From positions 1-48,706 of the forward strand of contig JAPLYZ010000020.1 of assembly GCA_026395295.1 (NCBI GenBank): DNA of 48,706 nucleotides, given 5' to 3'. Origin of the DNA: Candidatus Staskawiczbacteria bacterium. Its GTDB lineage: Bacteria > Patescibacteriota > Minisyncoccia > Minisyncoccales > Staskawiczbacteraceae. Positions 27,296 through 36,198 of this stretch are shown here, one piece after another (the stretch's first letter is position 1; each line of letters begins with the position of its first letter). The position numbers and the translations under genes are program-made. The notes under the pieces are model-generated. The model was given only the letters and a program-made list of their open reading frames with translations. It did not search any database and was not told the DNA's origin.

Positions 27296-28564
27296 TTATT
27301 TAGCAGGGTTGTCCAATCTTCCCAGAAACAATATATTGCCGGTGGAGTTTTGCTGAATTACAAACAAGAAGGGGTGGTCTGCTCTGAATGTTTTGACAGT
27401 TCCCGGCATTGCACTATTCAGTGTCATTACCACTGCTGTTGCGGCCGCGGCTTCAGTCCCCTCTTCGTCCACTTGCACAAACGCCTGGTGGATAACATCG
27501 CCTATTTTCAAGTCTTTACTGCCTGTCATTCCGGAAAAATCAGCTGCGTCTGAAAAAGCCGAAGGCATACCCATATCAGACATATCATTTTTCATGAAAT
27601 ATTTTGTTTCAAGCTTAAATTTAGGAATATAAATGTCTATTCTGGTGTTTTGCAAGTCTGTTTTCAAACCGGAAAGTTTTTGGTCGCTTAAATATTTCTC
27701 TGCGTCTTTAACTGTTTTTCCAGCTTTTGGCAAAATTAAAGTCATAGACAAGTCATTCCCTTGGTATGGCAAATTCAAAACTTGAACGTCGTCATTCTCT
27801 GTATATTTAAACCGTGTATCTTCGCCCGTAAGACGCATCATATCTGCCTTTACAATTTTTCCTGAACTAACATTAAAGTCTTCCTGCCTTGTATCTGCTT
27901 TGGCGAACTGTTTCTGCCAATTACCTTTAAAATATATGGCATTTGTCAGCACCAAACGAGTATAGCTATCAACTGCGCCTTGCGGAATTAAGTCTTTTAT
28001 CTTGTTATTTGTTTTGTCCTCTATGTATTTGTTTATTGTTGTCCTGGAATTTTCTGTGTTATTAACGAAATCAAGATTGGTCAGCTTGCCTCCGTAATAT
28101 TTATCAACTGTTTGCAAATAAGCCGGCAAAAACGAGTAATCCTTTTGCGCCCATAAGGCATTGGCGGTATTCAGGCTGTAACTTTTACCCGCTTTGTTTA
28201 TCTCGTTATATATTTTTGCCGAAGACGATTCTAAAACTTTCACATCGGGCAAGTGAAAAACGCTGGCTATTTGGGAAGAGGTATCCCCTTTCGCGCCCTC
28301 ATACACCATAGACATAGCGCCAGAAACACTGTAGGGAGAAAAGAAAAAGTTTGAATCTCCGCTGTGCTTTGAATAAAAATCAACGGCGAACTGATTGTTT
28401 GCTTTAACAAGAGAGCTAACCCCTTCTGTTGTTGCCAATGAGTCGTCCAAGAAAACTGCCGGCGAAGGCGACGGAGCTTTTTTATAAATAAGATAAACAC
28501 CAATCGCTATTATGGCGACTACTAATATCGCTAATATTATAAACATTATAATTTTTTTTGTCAT
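27296..28564 (-). CDS. Membrane-anchored serpin
   Basis: FFSPYS, NAIYFKG.W, IPKF, EEGTEAAAAT hinge and FRADHPFLF; N-terminal TM. Confidence 0.95.
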   Translation of the reverse strand: MTKKIIMFIILAILVVAIIAIGVYLIYKKAPSPSPAVFLDDSLATTEGVSSLVKANNQFAVDFYSKHSGDSNFFFSPYSVSGAMSMVYEGAKGDTSSQIASVFHLPDVKVLESSSAKIYNEINKAGKSYSLNTANALWAQKDYSFLPAYLQTVDKYYGGKLTNLDFVNNTENSRTTINKYIEDKTNNKIKDLIPQGAVDSYTRLVLTNAIYFKGNWQKQFAKADTRQEDFNVSSGKIVKADMMRLTGEDTRFKYTENDDVQVLNLPYQGNDLSMTLILPKAGKTVKDAEKYLSDQKLSGLKTDLQNTRIDIYIPKFKLETKYFMKNDMSDMGMPSAFSDAADFSGMTGSKDLKIGDVIHQAFVQVDEEGTEAAAATAVVMTLNSAMPGTVKTFRADHPFLFVIQQNSTGNILFLGRLDNPAK

Positions 28565-28692
28565 ATAATTTCAATTATAATTAATTTTACTTGTTTATTG
28601 CTTAATTACTTATTTATATAACAAATTCAACTAAAATGCCAGACTTACTACAATAAATTTACCACACACTGCAACTCACTGCTATTTTATAT

Positions 28693-28739
28693 AAAAAAAT
28701 GGCCGGGATAGCTCGACCTTAAAAGGTGAGCTCCCGGCC
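28693..28739 (-). terminator. Intrinsic terminator closing the radical SAM operon
   Basis: GGCCGGGAGCTC...GAGCTATCCCGGCC followed by ATTTTTTT on the minus strand. Confidence 0.75.
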
Positions 28740-28752
28740 CTGTTGTTGCCCG

Positions 28753-29406
28753 CTACTTGGCGGACTTTTTGTTGGTGCGACGCGCCTTGGGTTTCCGCTG
28801 CTTGATTGTCAGCGAAGTGACCTTTGCGCTGTCCATCACGGCTCGGCATTTCGACATAGGTTTCTCTTTCTGTCCCACAACGGTTGCAAGTATGTGACAT
28901 CGGTTAGGTCCGAAGGGGAACTTTGTGAGCTCCTCATAGGAAAGGTAAACCTTCAGGATAAGCATCATCAGCTTTGGATCTATGCTTTTCAGCAAAACCT
29001 TAACTTTTGATCTGAACGCCTGATTACCCTCCATGTCTTTGGCATACTGGCAATCTAAGTGGAGAACTAAGTGAACTTTATCATCTTTCCGTAAAAAACT
29101 CAATGGATACATCCTACACGCCAGCGGTCTGATTCTCCGTATGGTGCACCTCCTGTTCTTACAGCAAGGACAATCTGGTTTGAGCTTCTCGATATCGGTC
29201 TCGCCCTTTTTGAAAGGCGAAATAAGAAGGACTCCCTTGTTGATTTCCAAAATTGGAACCCCTACCCGGAAAAGCATAGAAGACTCTGCCGGGAGAAGCC
29301 AAATATATCCTTTACAATCGTCGTAGGCGCAATGTTCGCACGCATCGCTTATGTCGAGCAGAAGCTTGTCTAAAGCCAGGTAAAACTCTTGCAGTGTTTT
29401 TATCAT
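28753..29406 (-). CDS. YkgJ-like (CxxCxxCC-type) Cys-cluster protein with a basic C-terminal peptide tail
   Basis: CEHC...C, CPCC...CTI...RPLACRMYP; ATG 29406 has a GGAGG SD and ATGA-overlaps the upstream stop. Confidence 0.8.
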   Translation of the reverse strand: MIKTLQEFYLALDKLLLDISDACEHCAYDDCKGYIWLLPAESSMLFRVGVPILEINKGVLLISPFKKGETDIEKLKPDCPCCKNRRCTIRRIRPLACRMYPLSFLRKDDKVHLVLHLDCQYAKDMEGNQAFRSKVKVLLKSIDPKLMMLILKVYLSYEELTKFPFGPNRCHILATVVGQKEKPMSKCRAVMDSAKVTSLTIKQRKPKARRTNKKSAK

Positions 29407-30305
29407 AACCATCCACCTCCAATCATGCAGCAAGGACTATCTGACCCGAGACAAAAGGTCACCTTGTCTCCTTCATACACAACGTAGCAGCATGTTTCGT
29501 TCGGGATCACCCAACTACTAGACAAAGATGTTAGCTCTTCTACACACTGCTCTGAAAGTATGCTTGCCAGAAACCTCTTCGGTTTTTTCAAAGCAATCTC
29601 GGAGCATGGATAGACCAGCCCGTCGAAGCTGAGATAAACCGTTGAGAGATTGGGGTTGCACAGCCTGTTCTGTCTTTTTGTCATTCTTTCCGCAATCTTT
29701 CTCAGCCTTACTTTTTGATCCCTATCTAAGGCAAGCCAGGATTTATGAGCGAGGGCTCTGCCGAGGATGGCTATCTCCGAAATGTGTACATGATAAGCGC
29801 CAAGAGCCATAGCCTTCTTGATTATGTCTTCTACCTCATATATGTTCTGCGCGGAAACCGTGATGTGCACGGAAACCGGCAAAACAGACGAAAAAGCAGA
29901 AATGGCCCTGCATGCCTTGTTAAAGCTACCAGCTCCGCGGACTGCGTCATGTGTCTCCTCCTTGACTCCGTCGAGACTAACCCCGACCAAATCCAGTAGC
30001 GATGACAGCTTCAAAACAAGACCCCTGTTTGATGTAAATCCGTTGGTAATTAGTCTTAGCCCCATCCCTTTGGCCTTACAGGCCTCGAGGATAGCGACTA
30101 TGTCTTTCCTCGCCAACGGCTCTCCGCCGGTAAACATAACCTTTTCACACCCGAGCCTTGCTATTCGGTCTACAACCGTTAATGCTTCATGAGTTGAGAG
30201 TTCGTTTTTTTCTGGCGAACCGCAATCTGTGATACAGTGGTTGCATCGCAAATTACAAACCCTGGTTATTTCCCAATGCCACTCTTCAAAGTGTTTTGTT
30301 GTCAT
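29403..30305 (-). CDS. Radical SAM protein with a truncated SPASM/twitch-like, Cys-rich C-terminus
   Basis: CNLRCNHC, FTGGEP, TNG, VSLDG...HD..RG, C...DG.VYPC, terminal TCCY...C...PCC. Confidence 0.92.
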   Translation of the reverse strand: MTTKHFEEWHWEITRVCNLRCNHCITDCGSPEKNELSTHEALTVVDRIARLGCEKVMFTGGEPLARKDIVAILEACKAKGMGLRLITNGFTSNRGLVLKLSSLLDLVGVSLDGVKEETHDAVRGAGSFNKACRAISAFSSVLPVSVHITVSAQNIYEVEDIIKKAMALGAYHVHISEIAILGRALAHKSWLALDRDQKVRLRKIAERMTKRQNRLCNPNLSTVYLSFDGLVYPCSEIALKKPKRFLASILSEQCVEELTSLSSSWVIPNETCCYVVYEGDKVTFCLGSDSPCCMIGGGWL

Positions 30306-31603
30306 AATTTCTCTCCTATCATGTGCGCAGCGCCTACGCTGACAAGTTTGCTGCAGAACTTTCTAACTTCCACTGCGTCAGCTTTTGCAGAAAAATCAGA
30401 GACCAAGTCTGCTTCAGAAAAAATACCCAGATACAAAGCCCTTCGAACTACCGCTAGGGATAGGCCGCTGACCTCTATTGTCTGGTAGCGCGTAATGAGA
30501 TATTTTTCCTGGTGAAACTCGTTGAGCTTAGCGAGGGGATCCATTTTAATCCTGCGGTATTCCCTTGGGAAAACCTCCTTCACGCAACCGCGCTTCGGAA
30601 GTGTCTCCACTTTATGCAGAGGCTCCGCCCTATTTCTTACCGCGTAATCAACACAATATTTGTCAGAACAGCTACAATCTACTTTACAACCACAGAGACA
30701 ATCGTGAAGAACCGGGCAGGATTTGCAAGGTTCAGTCACCCACGACAAATCTCTGAAGTCGCGAATTTTATCCGATTTCCAGATCTCTTCTATGGGCTGG
30801 GTCAAAACGTTACCGTAAATAACCTGTGACTGATTACAAATTCTCACACTGCCATCTGGATCTATGGCAGCAAAAGTTATGCCTACCCCGCAGTTAGCCG
30901 ACATATTTTCTTGGACCAGCCGTTCGTCAAGGCAGTAAGGTATAGCGGTGCCAAAACCCATGGGAATGTTAAGCTCATCCCTAGCGCGAATCATTTGCCC
31001 GAGAGCTATTTTAAACTGTTCTATTGTGGGCTTCAGTTGTTCGGCATTTGCGCTGCCTATACCACCATCCTCGAACCGGTCCACAAAAACGCTTTCCATG
31101 CCAAGTTCTTTGGCGAGGCGAGCGATATTGTAGATTTGGTCAAAGTTCCAGGCGGTGAGCACGGGGATACACCTAACGTCGAATCCAGCTGCAACGTAGT
31201 ACTTAATGCTTGCAACCGTATCCGCATAGCGCCCAGGCGTCTCGCTGTGAATGTTGTGAGTTTTCTCGTCGCCGTGAATGGGGACCCCAATACAGGCAAG
31301 CTTGTCTGACAACCCCTCAAGAGTGATTATTCCATTGGTGACCACGGTCACCGAGGAACGAGCTGAAAGAAGATTGATGTATTCGTTCAACTGGGGCACT
31401 CCTAAAAGCGAAGGCTCTCCACCGATTAGGTAGACGTGAGGAACCCATGATCCGTAAACAGACGCCACAATCTTGTCGATGGTTTCCTTCCTAAAAGGCA
31501 ACCCGCGCTTAGGATTGTAGCAAAATTTACATCTCTTATTGCAAGCGTAAGTCGTCTCGATATGAACGAGGTGAGGAACGCTGGGAATTTTTAAAGCCTT
31601 CAT
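30302..31603 (-). CDS. Radical SAM/SPASM protein with a probable C-terminal RRE (PqqD-like) domain
   Basis: CNKRCKFC, GGEP, CGVG...DG.VRIC, CxxCx5Cx3C...C; the last ~70 aa follow a 3-strand/3-helix wHTH pattern. Confidence 0.9.
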   Translation of the reverse strand: MKALKIPSVPHLVHIETTYACNKRCKFCYNPKRGLPFRKETIDKIVASVYGSWVPHVYLIGGEPSLLGVPQLNEYINLLSARSSVTVVTNGIITLEGLSDKLACIGVPIHGDEKTHNIHSETPGRYADTVASIKYYVAAGFDVRCIPVLTAWNFDQIYNIARLAKELGMESVFVDRFEDGGIGSANAEQLKPTIEQFKIALGQMIRARDELNIPMGFGTAIPYCLDERLVQENMSANCGVGITFAAIDPDGSVRICNQSQVIYGNVLTQPIEEIWKSDKIRDFRDLSWVTEPCKSCPVLHDCLCGCKVDCSCSDKYCVDYAVRNRAEPLHKVETLPKRGCVKEVFPREYRRIKMDPLAKLNEFHQEKYLITRYQTIEVSGLSLAVVRRALYLGIFSEADLVSDFSAKADAVEVRKFCSKLVSVGAAHMIGEKL

Positions 31604-31926
31604 GGTCCCACCTCCCGTGCCTGCCTTGCAAAAGCCGAAGCTACGGCCATGACGGCATCAATAGAGTCGTTTTTAGCTACACGGTTTCTCTTTTCCGTCC
31701 CACATTTTGTGCAACGGTGGACAATAATGTAGCCACCCTTTTTCTGTTCGATAGAAATCGGCTCCATGAGCCCTTTGCAGTTGTGCATCCTGTCGCCAGG
31801 ATTTACGTCAACATGTTTACTGTACAGACACGCCGAGCAATGATTGGTGTATCCATCGCCGACAACTTCTGTACCACAATTTTCACAACGGAAGTTCTCT
31901 CTTCTGCGAATAAATCTTAAGGACAT
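31600..31926 (-). CDS. RNHCP-domain zinc-binding protein
   Basis: F.C.NCG..V....TNHC..CLYSKHVD..PGDR...C.G.MEP...HRC..CG; AAGGAG SD. Confidence 0.9.
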   Translation of the reverse strand: MSLRFIRRRENFRCENCGTEVVGDGYTNHCSACLYSKHVDVNPGDRMHNCKGLMEPISIEQKKGGYIIVHRCTKCGTEKRNRVAKNDSIDAVMAVASAFARQAREVGP

Positions 31927-32007
31927 TTTGTCGCTCCTTTCTTGTAGTTTTAAATTTCAATGTGCTGAATTACCTATACATTACTATAAAATGCCAATTT
32001 GTCAAAC

Positions 32008-32031
32008 AAAAACCCGAGAGGCTATCTCGGG
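32008..32031 (-). terminator. Intrinsic terminator after the GNAT gene
   Basis: CCCGAGA/TCTCGGG stem followed by a T-tract on the minus strand. Confidence 0.55.
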
Positions 32032-32068
32032 AGATTTTATGTAATCAACGACCTAATCACTCTTAAAA

Positions 32069-32533
32069 TTATAAATTTTTGACCAAGGTAGCTAAATATA
32101 ACATTTCCCCTTTATCCTTGCTTTTTATTTTTTTAGTACTTTCCACTTTAAATCCCATTTTTTTATAAAACAACCTAGTCTTCTCATACGGCTCATATTC
32201 GGTTAATTCTGATAAAGTCTCAACTCTCAATTCCTTCAAACCAATATTCTTGAGTTCCTTTTCTAGTGCTTTTAAAAGGCTTGTGCCTGTACTTTTCCCA
32301 TGGAATTTCGGCTTCACCCCCATCCAGCTGATTCTTGCTTTACCTTCGTCTGATGTAAAAGTTAAAAAACCGATTATCTTGCCCTTATCTTCTGCAACAA
32401 ATCCACTATGAATTTTTAAATCAAACGGAATAGATGTGCTCGTTGCAAAATTATCAAACCATTTAGGATGGAGTTTTTTGACGACCGCCATAATATTTTT
32501 AAAATCTTTTTTTGTTGCCTTTCTTATTTTCAT
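32069..32533 (-). CDS. GNAT-family acetyltransferase
   Basis: MKIRKAT, MGV.P.FHGK.TG..LL and FYKKMGF. Confidence 0.92.
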   Translation of the reverse strand: MKIRKATKKDFKNIMAVVKKLHPKWFDNFATSTSIPFDLKIHSGFVAEDKGKIIGFLTFTSDEGKARISWMGVKPKFHGKSTGTSLLKALEKELKNIGLKELRVETLSELTEYEPYEKTRLFYKKMGFKVESTKKIKSKDKGEMLYLATLVKNL

Positions 32534-32566
32534 ATAATATATATTATTTGTCGCACAATAGATTTG

Positions 32567-32637
32567 CAGGGGCGCTGGGAATCGAACCCAGATCGTTCGT
32601 TTTGGAGACGAACATTCTACCGTTGAACTACACCCCT
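32567..32637 (-). tRNA. tRNA-Trp (CCA)
   Basis: AGGGGTG/CGCCCCT acceptor stem, anticodon loop CT-CCA-AA, T-loop TTCGATT. Confidence 0.95.
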
Positions 32638-32759
32638 ATTATATAAATATACCATTTTTGAAAAAATTTTTCAACAAAAAAAACCAGCGTTACCCGGTTT
32701 AACTTTTTCAAGTTTTGTTATTTCTCCCGACGATATTACGGATATAAATCCGCAAATTC

Positions 32760-33383
32760 CTATTTTTTCTCTAAAATGCCAAACTGATAATAACTTTTTA
32801 TCAATCCTTCTTCTGGTTTTCCCTTCAAAAAGTCGTCGCAAGCTCGCCTGACTCCTGGCAAAACATCCCAATCATAATCATGTATGCAAACAATTGCCCC
32901 TTTCGATAATTTTGGATAAACCTTTTTAAAACTGTCCATAATTGATGTGTAAAAATCACCGTCAAAAAATGCAAAAGCTATTTTTTCAGGATATTTTTGC
33001 TTACTAAACCATCCTTTATGGATTACGGGCAATTCAAGTCCCGCTTCTTTAAAATTACTCATAAAGCAATCTTTAGAAGTTTTGCAATGTCCTTTTGAAT
33101 ATTGCCTGTCTACATTATTTGCATCTTTTGTATCTTTCTCCGGTAAACCCTCAAAAGAATCGTAAACATGAAATTCTTTATCAGAATTATAGGCTATAAG
33201 AAATCTTCTTATGAATAAAGATGTGGTGCCCACATTGCAACCCAATTCAACAATGTCTCCTTTCACATTTTTATCTAAAATATTTTTTATAGACGTTAAT
33301 ATCTTAAAAAGCTGATCTTTGGTAACCATACCTGAAATCAATGGGTATTTTTCGATTAATTCATCAATGACACTATTTTTCAT
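32760..33383 (-). CDS. TylF/MycF-family O-methyltransferase
   Basis: GDIVELG, YDSFEGLP, KGWF, DGDFY.S and HDY. Confidence 0.9.
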   Translation of the reverse strand: MKNSVIDELIEKYPLISGMVTKDQLFKILTSIKNILDKNVKGDIVELGCNVGTTSLFIRRFLIAYNSDKEFHVYDSFEGLPEKDTKDANNVDRQYSKGHCKTSKDCFMSNFKEAGLELPVIHKGWFSKQKYPEKIAFAFFDGDFYTSIMDSFKKVYPKLSKGAIVCIHDYDWDVLPGVRRACDDFLKGKPEEGLIKSYYQFGILEKK

Positions 33384-33405
33384 ACAATTATTTTTATCTA
33401 TTAAA

Positions 33406-34260
33406 TTATTTATCTGCGTAAATTGCTATAAGGGTTTTTTCTAAGCCATATTTTGATAGATCTTCTTCAGATTTTTCAGAAATAAGACCTTCTAATTTAC
33501 TCTTTATATCCTTTGGCCATAATTTGAAAATGTTTATAAACTCTTTAATGCTAAAATAATTTTCGAACCCGTCCGTATGTAAAAATAGCAAGTCTCCGGT
33601 ATTCATATTTAACATACCCGTGTTTAAATACAATTTTGCCGATTCTTCGCCATCAGCAACACCATAACCGACAAGCTCACCTTTTTCGCTTACTACGTTT
33701 CTATATTTCTTGCGTAACATTTCCTCACGCAACATTCTCATTTTTTCTTTCTCTTGCATATTCTCCCAATTTTTTGGTGAATGTTTCTTAAAAATAGCCC
33801 AACCATCAGGGGAATTAAATATTTTTTCTACTTTACTGTTAAATACTACCAAGCCCGAGTCGCATAATGAAAACCAATAAACTTTTTTTTCTTTAATTAA
33901 CAAAAATGCAACCGTCGCTGAAAAAAAATCCTCATCCCAATAATTTACCGTATTTTTGGTTATTCCACAAGAGATATTATATTCTAAAACCGCCTTATTA
34001 CTAAGTTCAAAGATGTCCTTCAAATCTTCTTTCGTAAAGGTCTCGTATCTTTTTTCGGCTTCTTTCATGGCAAGTTCACAAAATACTCTTGCCACCATAC
34101 CTGCGCCCGATTGCTTTGGATAGCTCTCCCCGTCTTTGGTTTGCAAAGAAACTCCATCGGCAACAATAAATATCGGATATTTTTTTGATATACAGAAATA
34201 ATCCTCTTGTGGACGAGGGTCAGGGAATGACGCCAATTTTAATATGGAGAATACCTTCAT
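33406..34260 (-). CDS. PP2C-like phosphatase-fold protein
   Basis: QED, FIVADGVS, CDS and LHTDG motifs. Confidence 0.8.
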   Translation of the reverse strand: MKVFSILKLASFPDPRPQEDYFCISKKYPIFIVADGVSLQTKDGESYPKQSGAGMVARVFCELAMKEAEKRYETFTKEDLKDIFELSNKAVLEYNISCGITKNTVNYWDEDFFSATVAFLLIKEKKVYWFSLCDSGLVVFNSKVEKIFNSPDGWAIFKKHSPKNWENMQEKEKMRMLREEMLRKKYRNVVSEKGELVGYGVADGEESAKLYLNTGMLNMNTGDLLFLHTDGFENYFSIKEFINIFKLWPKDIKSKLEGLISEKSEEDLSKYGLEKTLIAIYADK

Positions 34261-35636
34261 TTTGTTTCGCCGTGACGTTGCGACGCCATTTTTATCTCTT
34301 CTTCTAACCCGCCCTTTATCTTTAAGGATTGGATAAAACCATCTAATTTAACCAATTTTTTTTGTTCATTATCAAATAAAAGATTTAGGCCGTCGTTAAT
34401 TGCTTTATGCCAAATTTCTTCTCTCTTTTCATGGGGAAATGTTTGCCCTTTAGCATACAACGGATACCACATTTTTTTATCATCCGTAACAAATTCCTGA
34501 TAACTTGTTCTTGCCCAATTTATTGCTTCCTTTGTATTCCTTTTGTAAATTATGCAGAATGAAGCGATGATTTTTGAGTAACAATAATCTTCAACGTTCA
34601 CCCTGTTGCCCGACATAATACCTTCATCACATATTTTAAAAAATTCAATCAAACTTAATCTTCCATTACTTATATCCTTTAACCAATCATAACCTTCGAA
34701 TCCCCCTATTTTAGCTCCATAAGCTCCATGGGAAGAAGATGCTTTATTTTCCGGAAGATAATAAAGTGTATAAGCGTTTTCAATTAATCTGCACGCAAAC
34801 TCCTGTTCTTCTCCTGCCTTATTAGGCCAGGTTGCAAAATCGGGGAATCCGCCGACATCTAAATATTTCGTCCTATCTATAATAAAATGCCCCCATGTCT
34901 GATAGACCTGTATCGGTTTAAATATTTTTAATGTCTTATTTATAAACCTTCCTTTGGCGGTTAAATACTCCTTTGGTATAGAATTAAAATACGCGCCTTT
35001 GGTCCCCCTCTTGAAAAAGCTCTTTGTCAGTTCGCTTACCGGCAAAGCTATCTTAGGAAAAGATGCCCTATCATAAACTGGTAAAACTAATGCCGCAAAA
35101 TTTTTATCTGCTTTCTCTATTTTTTTAATCACTATCATCGCTATAAAAGTAAGATGCGGAGTTGGAACGCAATCATCGTCAAGAAAATATAGATACTTTC
35201 CGGAGGCGTGTTTGGCTCCTATATTTCTGGAAGCAGAACTCCCCTTCCTTTCGGAATTCAAAAAATATTTAATCTCTATGCCCTTTTTAGAATATGCCTC
35301 GGCCGCCAACTCTTCCACAACTTTTTTAGTATTGTCTGTTGAAGCGTCGTCAACCACAATTATTTCCTTAATAGAAGATTTTTGCAACAAAAGCGCGCTT
35401 ATGCAAACCGACAACGGATTATATTTATAATTCTCGGAATTTTTATCAAACGGACAGCGGTTATATGTGGGGATAACGGCGCTCATGTCTTCTTTCCTTT
35501 TTCTGCTATTTATTTTAAGACCGGAGAGATAATCAACACGGTAAAAATCCTTGGTAAACTCTTTACTCAAGTCTTCTTCTGTGAGTCCTTTTTCGGCCTC
35601 TACGCTATTTTTTACACTGTTGATTTTTGCATCCAT
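34257..35636 (-). CDS. Glycosyltransferase family 2
   Basis: VIPTYNR, IIVVDDASTD, SRN.G, FLDDD and GGF. Confidence 0.9.
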   Translation of the reverse strand: MDAKINSVKNSVEAEKGLTEEDLSKEFTKDFYRVDYLSGLKINSRKRKEDMSAVIPTYNRCPFDKNSENYKYNPLSVCISALLLQKSSIKEIIVVDDASTDNTKKVVEELAAEAYSKKGIEIKYFLNSERKGSSASRNIGAKHASGKYLYFLDDDCVPTPHLTFIAMIVIKKIEKADKNFAALVLPVYDRASFPKIALPVSELTKSFFKRGTKGAYFNSIPKEYLTAKGRFINKTLKIFKPIQVYQTWGHFIIDRTKYLDVGGFPDFATWPNKAGEEQEFACRLIENAYTLYYLPENKASSSHGAYGAKIGGFEGYDWLKDISNGRLSLIEFFKICDEGIMSGNRVNVEDYCYSKIIASFCIIYKRNTKEAINWARTSYQEFVTDDKKMWYPLYAKGQTFPHEKREEIWHKAINDGLNLLFDNEQKKLVKLDGFIQSLKIKGGLEEEIKMASQRHGETK

Positions 35637-35767
35637 GATGTTAAAAAAAATACAAAACTACGTATATTATAGCATAAATTTGCTGGAAATAACAGCGCCA
35701 AGGCCACAAGTCAAGCTAACAAAAAAACCCGGGGGAACCCGAGCTTTTTCTCTAGCTACATTTTTTA

Positions 35768-36157
35768 CTAAACCCCCAGCTTCTTTTTGACTTCGGCAAT
35801 GATGCTTTCAATAGAAACATCTGATTTTATAATATATTCAGACGGGGCCACCTCTATTGCTTTGTTTATGTGGTTCACATCGCTCATATTAGTCAAAAAT
35901 ATTGTGGGAATGTTTATGTGTTTTAACCTCATGCGTTTAGCCATTTCTATGCCATCCATTACCGGCATCATAATATCTAAAAGGATCAAGTCGGGTTTCT
36001 CTTTCTCTGCAGTTTCCAGCCCCTCTTGGCCATTTTGGGCGGTAACTATAAAGAAGCCCTCGTCCCTAAAATTAGTTTGAAGGATAAACATAAAATCTTT
36101 ATCGTCTTCCACAATCAGAATTTTTTTATCTATTTTTTTGTTTATCTTGCTGTTCAT
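35768..36157 (-). CDS. Single-domain response regulator receiver
   Basis: ILIVEDD, PDLILLDIMMP.MDG, LTN and YIIK. Confidence 0.95.
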   Translation of the reverse strand: MNSKINKKIDKKILIVEDDKDFMFILQTNFRDEGFFIVTAQNGQEGLETAEKEKPDLILLDIMMPVMDGIEMAKRMRLKHINIPTIFLTNMSDVNHINKAIEVAPSEYIIKSDVSIESIIAEVKKKLGV

Positions 36158-36198
36158 GTTTTTTAAAAATTAATAATAATTTTAAACTCTCTTTAAAA

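Noticed and set aside
28682-28900. 72-aa ORF MSHTCNRCG... as the precursor peptide
   Set aside because: It overlaps the YkgJ-like gene out of frame, lacks an SD and runs through the terminator. It is not excluded, but is less likely than the in-frame tail.
28565-32637. tRNA-Trp-integrated island carrying the rSAM operon
   Set aside because: No integrase, and I saw no duplicated tRNA-Trp 3' end beyond the operon.
32567-32637. Alternative genetic code (UGA recoding, code 25)
   Set aside because: Conserved genes are full-length under code 11, TGA ends genes in ATGA overlaps, and tRNA-Trp has the normal CCA anticodon.
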